Assembly: GCA_965368975.1 (NCBI GenBank) | Contig: CBDUPA010000004.1 | Span: forward strand, 192,001-256,000 | DNA from: an uncultured bacterium | GTDB taxonomy: Bacteria > Acidobacteriota > Thermoanaerobaculia > Multivoradales > JAHZIX01 | Direction of reading: 5' to 3' | DNA length: 64,000 nt | Shown: positions 11,447 to 20,542 of the stretch, piece after piece | Layout: the number at the start of each line of letters is the position of its first letter | How positions within the stretch are numbered: the first letter of the stretch is position 1 | Position numbers and translations under genes: made by a program | Notes under the pieces: model-generated | The model's input: only the letters and a program-made list of their open reading frames with translations | The model's database searches: none | What the model was told of the DNA's origin: nothing

Positions 11447-12616
11447 GTGAAGATCCACGAATATCAGGCGAAGGAAATCCTGCGCCGTTTCGGGGTCGCG
11501 ACGCCGCAAGGCTCGGTGACTGACGATCCCGCCGCAGCTCGCAAGCTGTGTGAAGACTTGGGCGGCAAGTGTGTCGTCAAAGCCCAGATCCATGCTGGTG
11601 GCCGTGGCAAAGGCGGCGGTGTCAAGCTGGCCAACTCGCCCGCCGAGGCCGAGACCGTTGCCGGCCAGATCCTGGGCATGCAGCTGGTGACGCCGCAGAC
11701 CGGTCCCGAGGGGCAGAACGTGCGCACGGTGCTGGTCGAAGAGCAGCAGAACATTGCGCAGGAACTCTACCTGGCCGTGCTGCTCGACCGGCAGATCGCC
11801 AAGCCGATCGTCATGGCCTCGACCGCTGGCGGCATGGACATCGAAGAAGTCGCCCACGAGAACCCGGAAGCCATCGTCCGCCAAGCTTTCGATCCGCACC
11901 GGGGCCTGCAGGGCTACGAGGCGCGCGCGGTGGTCCGCAAGCTCGGCTTGAGCGGCAAGACAGCGCGTCAGGCGGCGACCTTGATCACTCAGCTGACCCA
12001 CGCCTACCTCGAGACCGATGCCTCCCTGGCCGAGATCAACCCGCTGATGATCAACGCCGATGGCGATGTCCTGGCGCTCGACGCCAAGATGAACTTCGAC
12101 GACAACGCGCTCTACCGTCACAAGGACATCCTCGAGCTACGCGACGTACACGAAGAAGACCCGGCGGAGGTCGAAGCCGGCAAGTACGGCCTCAGCTACA
12201 TCAACCTGGACGGCACCATCGGTTGCATGGTCAACGGTGCTGGCCTGGCGATGGCCACCATGGACATCATCAAGCTCAAGGGCGGTGAGCCCGCCAACTT
12301 CCTCGACGTCGGCGGCTCGGCGAGCCAGGAGGCGGTGCAGAACGCCTTTCGCATCATCGTCTCGGACCCGAACGTCAAGGCGGTGCTGATCAACATCTTC
12401 GGCGGCATTGCGCGTACCGACCGCATCGCCCGCGGCGTCGCCACCGCGATCGAGGAGCTGGGCAACGTCACCATCCCGGTGGTTGTGCGCCTGGAAGGCA
12501 CCAACGTCGAGCAAGGACGCCAGGTTCTGCGCGAGTCCGCCTTCGACTTCATTGTTGCCGAGGATATGGCGGATGCCGCCGAGAAGGCCGTCGCGGCCAC
12601 GAAAGGAGAGGGCTGA
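11447..12616 (+). CDS. sucC: Succinyl-CoA synthetase beta subunit
   Basis: [46 protein letters not shown] 11447 follows AGGAGG. Confidence 0.97.
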   Translation: MKIHEYQAKEILRRFGVATPQGSVTDDPAAARKLCEDLGGKCVVKAQIHAGGRGKGGGVKLANSPAEAETVAGQILGMQLVTPQTGPEGQNVRTVLVEEQQNIAQELYLAVLLDRQIAKPIVMASTAGGMDIEEVAHENPEAIVRQAFDPHRGLQGYEARAVVRKLGLSGKTARQAATLITQLTHAYLETDASLAEINPLMINADGDVLALDAKMNFDDNALYRHKDILELRDVHEEDPAEVEAGKYGLSYINLDGTIGCMVNGAGLAMATMDIIKLKGGEPANFLDVGGSASQEAVQNAFRIIVSDPNVKAVLINIFGGIARTDRIARGVATAIEELGNVTIPVVVRLEGTNVEQGRQVLRESAFDFIVAEDMADAAEKAVAATKGEG

Positions 12617-13491
12617 TGTCGATCTGGGTCAACAACGACACGCGTCTGCTAGTGCAGGGCATCACCGGCAAGGAAGGTGAGTTCCACGCCAAGGGCTGCC
12701 GTGACTACGGCACCCAGGTGGTGGCTGGCGTCACCCCCGGCAAAGGTGGCCAGGAAGTCGACGGCATTCCGGTCTTCGATTCGGTCGCTGAAGCGCGCGA
12801 GGCGACCGGTTGCAATGCCTCGATGATCTTCGTGCCCCCGCCGTTCGCTGCCGACGCCATCATGGAAGCGATCGACGCCGGCATCGAGCTGATCAACTGC
12901 ATCACCGAAGGCATCCCGGTCAACGACATGTTCACCGTCCGGGCCCTGCTCGCCGAGCATCCCGAATGCCGCCTGATCGGCCCCAACTGCCCGGGCGTGA
13001 TCACGCCGGGTCAAGCCAAGATCGGCATCATGCCGGGGCACATCCACCAGCCCGGCAGCATCGGCGTGATCAGCCGCTCCGGTACCCTCACCTACGAGAC
13101 GGTGTGGCAGCTGAGCAACCTGAACATGGGCCAGTCGACCTGTGTCGGGATCGGTGGCGACCCGATGAACGGCACCAACTTCGTCGACACCCTGGCCGCG
13201 TTCGCTGAAGACGCGGAGACCGAGGCCGTGGTTGTCATCGGTGAGATCGGCGGCAGCGCCGAAGAAGAAGCCGCGGCCTGGATCAAGGACAACTACGACC
13301 GTCCGGTCGTTGGCTTCATCGCCGGTCGCACCGCTCCGCCGGGACGCCGCATGGGCCACGCCGGTGCCATCGTCTCTGGCGGTACTGGTACCGCCGAGGC
13401 CAAGATGGAAGCCATGCGCGACGCCGGTATCCACGTCTGTGAGTCACCGGCCGATATCGGTGCCACCATGGCCAAGGCCCTGGGCCGCTGA
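12616..13491 (+). CDS. sucD: Succinyl-CoA synthetase alpha subunit
   Basis: [28 protein letters not shown] (phospho-His). TGATG overlap with sucC. Confidence 0.97.
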   Translation: MSIWVNNDTRLLVQGITGKEGEFHAKGCRDYGTQVVAGVTPGKGGQEVDGIPVFDSVAEAREATGCNASMIFVPPPFAADAIMEAIDAGIELINCITEGIPVNDMFTVRALLAEHPECRLIGPNCPGVITPGQAKIGIMPGHIHQPGSIGVISRSGTLTYETVWQLSNLNMGQSTCVGIGGDPMNGTNFVDTLAAFAEDAETEAVVVIGEIGGSAEEEAAAWIKDNYDRPVVGFIAGRTAPPGRRMGHAGAIVSGGTGTAEAKMEAMRDAGIHVCESPADIGATMAKALGR

Positions 13492-13499
13492 CGCCTCCA

Positions 13500-14339
13500 G
13501 TGCATTCAGTACGACCTCAGCGTATCGCTGCCGGCGCGGGCTGGCTGGCTCTGATCGGCGGTGGGGAGTTCAGTTTCGGCGAGACGGAAGCGGCGGATGC
13601 CGCCTGGATCGCCAAGCTGGACTCCGTACCCGTACCGAAGGGAGCGTCGGTCGCGCCGGTGGCAGCCGATGTCGCAGACGGGCCCGAGGCAGTCGAGGAG
13701 CCGCAGGAGTCGATCCCAGACGAGCTGCGCGACGAGCAGCAAGCCGAACAGCGCGAGTTGCGGCCGGTCGGCTTCCTGCCCACGGCCAGTGGCTCGCAAG
13801 ACTATGCGGATCACTTCCAGGTCTACCTGGACGAGTACTTCGAGCGATCGCTGGAACTGATTCCTGTGTACCGCAGCCGCGACGCTCGTCGTGGCCGCAA
13901 CGCCGACCGGGTGCGTGACGAGATGGCGGCGGTCTACTTGGGCGGTGGCCTTCCGGAGCAACTCCTCGACGTCCTGCGCGACTCTCCGGTCGAGGCGGCG
14001 CTGCGTGAGCGCCTGGAGCAAGGCGGTATCGTCGCTGCCATCGCCACGGCGGCGCAGGCCCTCGGCACCTGGACGCGCGGCCTGCGCGGCGGCATGCTGC
14101 CGGGCCTCGGCTGGTTGCCTGGCGGTGTCGTCGAGACCAACTTCGAGCCCGGCCACGAGCGTCGCCTGCGCCAGTTGATGGAGCGTCCCGGCGTGCGCTG
14201 GGGGCTGGCCCTGACGCCCGGTAGCGCCGTGCTGCTCGGCCCAGGCGACGGCGACGACCCAGCCGTCGAAGTGGTCGGTACCGTCTACGGGCTGGACGCC
14301 GCGGACGGCCAACTGCAGAAGCTGGGCTGCACGAGCTGA
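13500..14339 (+). CDS. Type 1 glutamine amidotransferase-like / peptidase S51 (cyanophycinase-like) fold protein, possibly inactive
   Basis: LALIGGGEF, VGFLPTASG, AVYLGGG, LRDSPV, PGLGWLPG resemble the S51 family. The nucleophile elbow reads AIATAAQALG. Confidence 0.65.
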   Translation: MHSVRPQRIAAGAGWLALIGGGEFSFGETEAADAAWIAKLDSVPVPKGASVAPVAADVADGPEAVEEPQESIPDELRDEQQAEQRELRPVGFLPTASGSQDYADHFQVYLDEYFERSLELIPVYRSRDARRGRNADRVRDEMAAVYLGGGLPEQLLDVLRDSPVEAALRERLEQGGIVAAIATAAQALGTWTRGLRGGMLPGLGWLPGGVVETNFEPGHERRLRQLMERPGVRWGLALTPGSAVLLGPGDGDDPAVEVVGTVYGLDAADGQLQKLGCTS

Positions 14340-14443
14340 GCTGAAATTCCCGCGCGAGCAGCTGCGCCTGCGCGCTTTCCCACTTTCCCGACAACCCTAC
14401 AAGCAACTCTCGACGTGACCGTCGAACCTCGGAGGATACGAGT

Positions 14444-14866
14444 ATGTCGATGACCCTGGCGATTCTGAAGCCCGATAGTGTAGCCGCTGGCAATGCCGGC
14501 AAGATGCTGGCCCGCCTCGAAGCCGAAGGCTTCACCCTGCGTGGTCTAAAGGTCCTGCACCTGAGCGAGGACCAGGCCAAGGCCTTCTACGAAGTGCACG
14601 CGGAGCGTCCCTTCTACGGTGAGCTGGTGAACTTCATGACCAGCGGTCCCGTGGTGCCCGTGGCCCTGGAGCGCGACGACGCTGTGCCGTATCTGCGTCA
14701 GGTGATGGGCGCCACCGACTCCACCAAGGCCGAGGCTGGTACGCTGCGCGCTGAGTTCGGTACCGACATCGAGCGCAACGCCGTGCACGGTAGTGACTCG
14801 GACGAGAACGCCGCCAAGGAGCTGGCGTTCTTCTTCTCGCGTGCCGAGCTGATCAACGCGCGCTGA
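14444..14866 (+). CDS. ndk: Nucleoside diphosphate kinase
   Basis: TLAILKPD, FYEVHAERPFY, MTSGPV, NAVHGSDS; SD GGAGGA. Confidence 0.97.
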   Translation: MSMTLAILKPDSVAAGNAGKMLARLEAEGFTLRGLKVLHLSEDQAKAFYEVHAERPFYGELVNFMTSGPVVPVALERDDAVPYLRQVMGATDSTKAEAGTLRAEFGTDIERNAVHGSDSDENAAKELAFFFSRAELINAR

Positions 14867-14905
14867 TCTCTACGCTACACGATCTGCTACTGCAAGATGC
14901 AGGTA

Positions 14906-14940
14906 CGGGCTGTCGTCGACTTTGGGTTGACGACAGCCCG
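14906..14940. terminator. Probable bidirectional intrinsic terminator between ndk and the convergent gene
   Basis: CGGGCTGTCGTCGAC-tttgg-GTTGACGACAGCCCG, 15-bp stem with one G-U pair. Confidence 0.75.
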
Positions 14941-14970
14941 TTGCAGTTTGTGCATCCGCTCAGAGGTCGC

Positions 14971-16077
14971 TCAGGGACGGCTCGATTCTGCCTCGGCGGG
15001 CGTTGCCGGAGCCTCGATTGGTTCTATGGACTCAGGGGCCGGCGTTTCGGGGTCTTCCTCCCGCTGGCGCTGAATGCGCAGCTCACCGATGCTCGACGTG
15101 AGACGCAGTGTCAGCGTGGGTGCTCCCTCGGCTGGCATGGTGTCCTGGTTCAAACCAGGGAACCGGCTTTCGCCGATCGTGAGACCGGCCTTCTCGACCT
15201 CGACGAAGACGGTCGATGGCACGATCATCCGGCAGTCGCCGACGCTGCAGTCCATGCTCACTTCCGCGTCCTGCTGCCAGGCGCCGGTGAGGTCCAGGCG
15301 CGCCTCGCCCACCGAATGGTCCATTCGCACCGTTGTCGGACTGGCGTTGCCGGCGTGCAGCACTTGCAGTTGACCGACAGAAGCATCGACGTGCAGGAAG
15401 TCGATGGGCCTGGTCGTCGGTTCCGAGAACAGCATCTTGTGCTCGCCGACTCCGACTTCTACGTCCACCGAGGTCAGCCACAGTCCACCCAACTCCATGT
15501 GGCTCTCACCCGTACCCATGCTACCGGTCAGCGCGAACGGTCGACCGCGCGGCACGATCAGGCGCACCCGCTCGTTGCTCAGGTTGCTGCCGCCCATGCG
15601 TCGTAGCCAGCCGAGCTTGTCGCGGAAGCGCAGGCGGTAGTTCCAGGTTCCGTCGGCTTGCGGTGTGTACTCCTCCTCGAGTTCGAAGCTGGCGGTGTCG
15701 AAGTCGGCTTCCACGCGCAGTTCGCTGCCGGGTGGTCCCGGCTCGATGCTGAGTCTGCATAGCTCGACGTCCAGCTCGATCGTCCCCGCTGGCGGGGTCG
15801 CCGAAGCTACCTGTAGCGAGTCGGGCATCAGCGGTCTTTCACCGGCATCCAACGCGACACCTTCCGGCGACGTACCAGCCTCGTCGCTAGCGGGAGCTGA
15901 TGGAGACGTGGAAAGAGCGGGCAGTTCCGTGCTCAGGCGCTCCGAGCCCGGACTGGCTTCCGGCCGGCCTATGGCCAGTCCGATCACCATCAGGATCAAC
16001 GGTATGCCGACCATCAGAAGGACCAAGCCGACGCAGCCGATACAGCCCGTCTTCCAGCAGCCTTTCTTTTCAGCCAT
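14971..16077 (-). CDS. Hypothetical membrane-anchored protein with beta-repeat (LiaF/'toast-rack'-like) C-terminal region
   Basis: N-terminal KKGCWKTGCIGC plus one TM; repeating beta units (GSMGTGESHMELGG, EVGVGEHKMLFS, DASVGQLQV, DHSVGEARLDL, DCSVGDCRMIVP). Start overlaps the stop of the upstream ligase. Confidence 0.65.
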   Translation of the reverse strand: MAEKKGCWKTGCIGCVGLVLLMVGIPLILMVIGLAIGRPEASPGSERLSTELPALSTSPSAPASDEAGTSPEGVALDAGERPLMPDSLQVASATPPAGTIELDVELCRLSIEPGPPGSELRVEADFDTASFELEEEYTPQADGTWNYRLRFRDKLGWLRRMGGSNLSNERVRLIVPRGRPFALTGSMGTGESHMELGGLWLTSVDVEVGVGEHKMLFSEPTTRPIDFLHVDASVGQLQVLHAGNASPTTVRMDHSVGEARLDLTGAWQQDAEVSMDCSVGDCRMIVPSTVFVEVEKAGLTIGESRFPGLNQDTMPAEGAPTLTLRLTSSIGELRIQRQREEDPETPAPESIEPIEAPATPAEAESSRP

Positions 16078-17179
16078 CACAACCTTCTCTCGTTTCTTCG
16101 ACTAGGGCGTCGACCACCGCTTCGAAACTCCCGGTCTGCCGGTAGACTTTCAGTTGACGGTCGGCGCTGGTGCCGTTCTCCAGAATGGTGTGAGCGTACT
16201 CGACCTCCCGGCGGCTACCGAGGTCGTCCACCACGTCGTCGATGAAGGTCAGCAGTTCACGGATCAGCTCCGGCGCGGGCTTTTGCCCCTGAACTCCGAA
16301 ATCGATCAGCTGGCCATCCAGACCGTAGCGAACCGCTCGCCACTTGTTCTCGATGATCAAGTGGTGGCGGTACCAGCGCCAGGAGCGATTGCTCTCGCGC
16401 AGCAGGATCAGCTTAGCGACAATCGCCTGGATCAGCGCCGCGATACAGATCGCTTCGTCCACCCGCGTGCACATGTCCGCCACGCGGATCTCCAGCGTCG
16501 GGAACTTCGAGTGGGGCCGGGCGTCCCACCAGATCTTGCTCGGCTCGTCGATGCAGCCGGTCTTGATCAGCGTCTCGATGAACGACGAGTACTCCGTCCA
16601 CGACGAGAACGACGGCGGAATTCCGCTGCGCGGCAGGTTCTCGAACACCACCGAGCGGTAGGACTTGAGGTGGGTGTCACGGCCCATCCAGAAGGGGGAA
16701 CTGGTCGACAGCGTCAAGATGTGCGGCAGGAAATAGCGCAGCTGATTCATCACGTCGAGCATCAGCTCTTTGTCCGCGATGCCGACGTGCACATGCATGC
16801 CGAAAATCAGCATGCGCCGCGCCAGATCCCCCATGTCCTGCTGCAGCTTGCGGTAGCGGTCCTCGACCGTCACCTCCTGGCGGCTCCAGCTGGAAAAAGG
16901 GTGCGTGCTGGCCGCGACGAAGCGCAGGCCGTTGTCCTCCGCCAGCTTGCGAATCGACCGCCGCAGCCGGATCAGCTCTTGCCGAGCCTCCTTCACATCG
17001 CGGCAGATGTGGCTGCCGACCTCGACTTGCGATTGCAGAAACTCCGGTTTGATCTGTTCCTGCAGGATGACCCGCCCCTGTTCCAGCATCTCCTGGATGA
17101 AGGAACGCAGCTCCCGGGTCTCCGGGTCGATGATCTGGTATTCCTCTTCGATACCGATGGTCAGCTCGGGCAGGGCCAT
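16070..17179 (-). CDS. Carboxylate-amine ligase, YbdK/GCS2 (glutamate-cysteine ligase-like) family
   Basis: TIGIEEEYQIID, FGMHVHVG, LSTSSPFW, IWWDARPH, TLEIRVAD, ENKWRAVRYGL. Confidence 0.92.
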   Translation of the reverse strand: MALPELTIGIEEEYQIIDPETRELRSFIQEMLEQGRVILQEQIKPEFLQSQVEVGSHICRDVKEARQELIRLRRSIRKLAEDNGLRFVAASTHPFSSWSRQEVTVEDRYRKLQQDMGDLARRMLIFGMHVHVGIADKELMLDVMNQLRYFLPHILTLSTSSPFWMGRDTHLKSYRSVVFENLPRSGIPPSFSSWTEYSSFIETLIKTGCIDEPSKIWWDARPHSKFPTLEIRVADMCTRVDEAICIAALIQAIVAKLILLRESNRSWRWYRHHLIIENKWRAVRYGLDGQLIDFGVQGQKPAPELIRELLTFIDDVVDDLGSRREVEYAHTILENGTSADRQLKVYRQTGSFEAVVDALVEETREGCDG

Positions 17180-17321
17180 GGTGTTCGCTCAGCTCCTTGC
17201 AAGTGCTTCTCTGATGGGAGGGCTTCAAGAGTTCCATAAACTCTAGCACGGGCCATGGACTCGAGAGCGTGCATTCTCATTCCTACGCCGTGCGCTCCGG
17301 GTTGTTCCACTGGTGCCACAC

Positions 17322-17351
17322 TTGACAGCCAGCACGAGACTCACCTACCCT
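17322..17351 (+). promoter_or_regulatory. Candidate sigma70 promoter for the riboswitch-met operon
   Basis: TTGACA (17322-17327), 18 nt, TACCCT (17346-17351). The predicted TSS falls just before the aptamer. Confidence 0.6.
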
Positions 17352-17359
17352 CTCGGCGT

Positions 17360-17476
17360 GCTCATCGAGACCGGCTGAGGGACTGGCCCAAAGACGCCGG
17401 GGCAACCTGCAGAGCTAACCACTCTGCGAAGGTGCCAACTCCTGCGGGAACCAACGTGGTTCACCGATAGATGAGC
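17360..17476 (+). ncRNA. SAM-I (S-box) riboswitch aptamer
   Basis: P1 GCTCATC (17360-17366) / GATGAGC (17470-17476); core GAGGGACTGGCCC, GGCAACC, GGTGCCAACTCC; directly upstream of methionine biosynthesis genes. Confidence 0.93.
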
Positions 17477-17609
17477 GACAGGGGAAGCAGCCATGAGCGA
17501 GAGGGAACCAGTCCCTTCGCATCCGTGCAGACTGTGGGTCCCTGGCCGCTTTAGTCTTGAGGTCGTCCGTAGGGTTTCCGATGAGGCGAAATCTATGGAG
17601 AAACTCAAG

Positions 17610-18683
17610 ATGAATCCCTCTCCCGCTTCGTCTCGCCGGACACGCTCCCCACTCACTGCTCCCTTCTCGCCCAACGCAGGCACGCGGATGCCGCTGGCCA
17701 GCGGTGCGCGTCAGCTCGAGCTGCCCTCGCCCTGGCGCCTGCAGTTCGGAGGCGGATTGCTGTCGGCCCAGCTGGCCTATGAGCTGACGGGTCCCGCTGA
17801 CGGTCCACTCGTCGTCGTGCTCGGCGGTATCTCATCCGGTCGCCACGTCACTTCGACCTTCTCAGACCCACGGCGTGGCTGGTGGCAGCCACTGGTGGGG
17901 CCCGACCGTGATCTCGACACCGACCGCTTCCGCGTGCTCGGCATCGACTTCCTGGGGGGCAACGGTGCCAGCACTGGTCCAGCGGACACTGAGGATGGCC
18001 AAGTGTTTCCGCCTGTCGCCACGTCCGATCAAGCCCGTGCCCTGGCTGCGCTGCTCGACGTACTCGGCGTCGAGCACGTCTACGGCTTCGTCGGCTCGTC
18101 CTACGGTGGCATGGTGGCGCTCGCCTTCGCCGCCCTCTACCCGCGCCGAATCGAGAAGTTGCTCGTGATCAGTGCCGCCGACCGTCCGCATCCGCGGGCG
18201 ACCGCCTGGCGCAGTTTGCAGCGACGCATCGTCCGGCTGGCTGCGCGTCAGGGCGACGAACATACAGGCTTGGCGCTGTCTCGTGGCCTGGCCATGACCA
18301 CCTACCGTACACCGGGCGAACTGGCGCAGCGCTTCGACGGTCGCCCTCGGCGCACCTCGAAGGGCTTTCGCTTCCCGGTCGAGGACTACCTGGAGGCCCG
18401 CGGCGACGCGTTTGCGGAAGTCTTCGACACCAGAGCCTTTCTGTGCCTCTCCGAATCGCTCGATCTACACCGAGTGCAGCCTGAACGAATCGAGGTCGAC
18501 ACCACCCTGGTTGCCGTGCGCAGCGACGAACTCGTGCCTGTCGAGCAGTTGCGCGACCTGTACGACCGCCTGCCGGGCAATCGGCGCTTGGTCGAGATCG
18601 AGTCGCTCTACGGGCACGATGCCTTCCTGAAAGAAACCGACATCATCGGCCGCTTGCTGCGCGAGAGTCTGGGAGGAGTATGA
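17610..18683 (+). CDS. metX: Homoserine O-acyltransferase, MetX alpha/beta-hydrolase family (probably the O-succinyltransferase type)
   Basis: VLGGISSGRHV, GWWQPLVG, nucleophile GSSYGGM, YGHDAFL. ATG 17610 follows GGAG (alternative ATG 17595). Confidence 0.88.
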   Translation: MNPSPASSRRTRSPLTAPFSPNAGTRMPLASGARQLELPSPWRLQFGGGLLSAQLAYELTGPADGPLVVVLGGISSGRHVTSTFSDPRRGWWQPLVGPDRDLDTDRFRVLGIDFLGGNGASTGPADTEDGQVFPPVATSDQARALAALLDVLGVEHVYGFVGSSYGGMVALAFAALYPRRIEKLLVISAADRPHPRATAWRSLQRRIVRLAARQGDEHTGLALSRGLAMTTYRTPGELAQRFDGRPRRTSKGFRFPVEDYLEARGDAFAEVFDTRAFLCLSESLDLHRVQPERIEVDTTLVAVRSDELVPVEQLRDLYDRLPGNRRLVEIESLYGHDAFLKETDIIGRLLRESLGGV

Positions 18684-19930
18684 CCATGACCAAGAACGGC
18701 CACGCATGCTCTTCTTCCCTGCCCAACAGCCTCCAGCCTGCGACGCGGGCGGTACGTGCTGGCTTGCAGAGCGACAGTCAGCACGGAGCCGTGGTGCCAC
18801 CGCTGCACCTGTCGTCCACCTTTACCTTTGCCGGCTATGGTGAGCCTCGTCCCTACGACTACACGCGCTCCGGCAACCCGACACGCGACCTGCTCGCTGA
18901 TGCCCTGGCCGACCTGGAAGGTGGGGTCGGAGCGGTGGTCACCAGTACAGGCATGTCCGCCGTGCACCTGGTGCTGCTGCTTCTTCAGCCGGGCGATCTG
19001 CTGTTGGCGCCGAAGGACTGCTACGGCGGTACCTACCGGCTGCTCGATGCCTGCCACAAGCGTGGTGCCTTCCGCGTTCGTTTCATCGATCCGACCAAGC
19101 CGGCCCAGCTTGAAGCTGGGCTGATGGAGAGACCGCGCATGGTGTGGATCGAGACGCCGAGCAATCCGCTGCTGCGGATTACCGACATTGATCACGTGTG
19201 CCGGTCGGCGAGCCGGTGCGAGGCGCTGGTCGTGGTCGACAATACCTTTCTCTCGCCCATTCTGCAGCGGCCGCTGGAACTGGGTGCCGACATCGTTGTG
19301 CACTCGACCACCAAGTACCTCAACGGCCACAGCGACATCGTCGGCGGGGCCGTGATCGCGCGCGACGAGGCCGTGCACCAGGATCTGGCCTGGTGGGCGA
19401 ACTGTCTGGGTATCACCGGGGCTCCGTTCGATAGCTACCTCACCCTGCGTGGTGTGCGTACGTTGCACCCACGCTTGGAGCTGCATCTGCGCAACGCTGC
19501 TGCCCTGGTCGAGCTGCTGGAGGGTCATCCAGCGGTTGAGAAGGTCTACTATCCGGGGTTGGCCAGCCACCCCGGTCACGAGATCGCGGCGTCGCAGCAG
19601 AGTGGCTTTGGCGGCATGCTGAGCTTCGAACTCCGAACGACGGGCGGCAGCGACGGCGAAGCCAAGATCGTCGCGTTGCTCGACGGCTTGCGTTGCTTCT
19701 CGCTGGCCGAGTCGCTCGGTGGCGTCGAGAGTCTGATCGCGCATCCGGCGACCATGACGCATGCCGCCATGGCGCCGGAGGCGCGCGAAGCTGCTGGTAT
19801 CCGGAACTCGCTGCTGCGCATATCCGCTGGTATCGAAGCGGAGGAAGACTTGGAGCGGGACTTGAGGGTGGGCCTCGACCGGGTACTTGACGTGCACGGG
19901 ATGCGGACGCCGGTGAGCGTCGCAAGTTGA
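18680..19930 (+). CDS. metB: Cystathionine gamma-synthase / O-succinylhomoserine (thiol)-lyase
   Basis: YDYTRSGNPTRDLL, DCYGGTYRL, ETPSNPLL, DNTF, PLP lysine in HSTTKYLNGHSD, AESLGGVESL. ATGA overlap with metX. Confidence 0.92.
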   Translation: MTMTKNGHACSSSLPNSLQPATRAVRAGLQSDSQHGAVVPPLHLSSTFTFAGYGEPRPYDYTRSGNPTRDLLADALADLEGGVGAVVTSTGMSAVHLVLLLLQPGDLLLAPKDCYGGTYRLLDACHKRGAFRVRFIDPTKPAQLEAGLMERPRMVWIETPSNPLLRITDIDHVCRSASRCEALVVVDNTFLSPILQRPLELGADIVVHSTTKYLNGHSDIVGGAVIARDEAVHQDLAWWANCLGITGAPFDSYLTLRGVRTLHPRLELHLRNAAALVELLEGHPAVEKVYYPGLASHPGHEIAASQQSGFGGMLSFELRTTGGSDGEAKIVALLDGLRCFSLAESLGGVESLIAHPATMTHAAMAPEAREAAGIRNSLLRISAGIEAEEDLERDLRVGLDRVLDVHGMRTPVSVAS

Positions 19931-20011
19931 AGTCACGGCCGGTGCGTGTGCTGACACGCACCGGCTCCTCGCGCTCGATGCTGCCTTGGGCGGCGTGCTA
20001 GACTCCGCCAG

Positions 20012-20428
20012 ATGTGGAAGACCGCCCTGCACGCCGTGCTCGCCGCTGTGTTGCCATCCGTGATGATGGCGATGGCGGTCTGTGCGGTGCTACCGGTGTG
20101 TCCGATGATGGGGCAAGGGCCGGCGATGGGCGCACAGGTGTCCACGGCGGACCATCACGAAGCGGCACAGGGTCACTGCCACGCAGCAGCACCGACGGAA
20201 TCGAGCGATGACTCGGAGACATCCGGTGCACGCTGTTGCTGTGAGCAACCTCCCGTCACCCCATCGACCACCGTCGACGTTCCGCTCGACCTCGGCTTTT
20301 TCGCCATCCTCACTCTCGACGCGCCCGAGCCCGTGCTCGACGGCGTTCCGACCGCGCGTCCCGAGACCCCGCCCCGGCCGGGTCCGCTGATTCCTCTCTT
20401 CACGCTCCACGCATCCCTGCTGATTTGA
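20012..20428 (+). CDS. Small exported Cys/His/Pro-rich protein; candidate metal-responsive leader peptide of the cus operon
   Basis: Hydrophobic N-terminus, DHHEAAQGHCH, RCCCEQPP, C-terminal PETPPRPGP...LHASLLI. TGcTAGACT ends 7 nt before the ATG. Confidence 0.75.
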   Translation: MWKTALHAVLAAVLPSVMMAMAVCAVLPVCPMMGQGPAMGAQVSTADHHEAAQGHCHAAAPTESSDDSETSGARCCCEQPPVTPSTTVDVPLDLGFFAILTLDAPEPVLDGVPTARPETPPRPGPLIPLFTLHASLLI

Positions 20429-20429
20429 G

Positions 20430-20539
20430 ACGTCCTTCCGGCGGAGTTTGAACCGCCGCGGGGACGCGTGCGCTCTCGGGTGAGAGCGCGGATCAGGCTG
20501 AGTGCGTCCCCGTGGTTTCATTGCAACCTCGGAGGACGT
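20430..20539 (+). promoter_or_regulatory. Structured intercistronic RNA able to sequester the cusC Shine-Dalgarno
   Basis: ACGTCCTTCCG (20430-20440) pairs with CGGAGGACGT (20530-20539) with one bulge. CGGGGACGC (20459-20467) pairs with GCGTCCCCG (20504-20512). Inner hairpin GCGCTCTC/GAGAGCGC at 20470-20489. Confidence 0.6.
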
Positions 20540-20542
20540 ACC

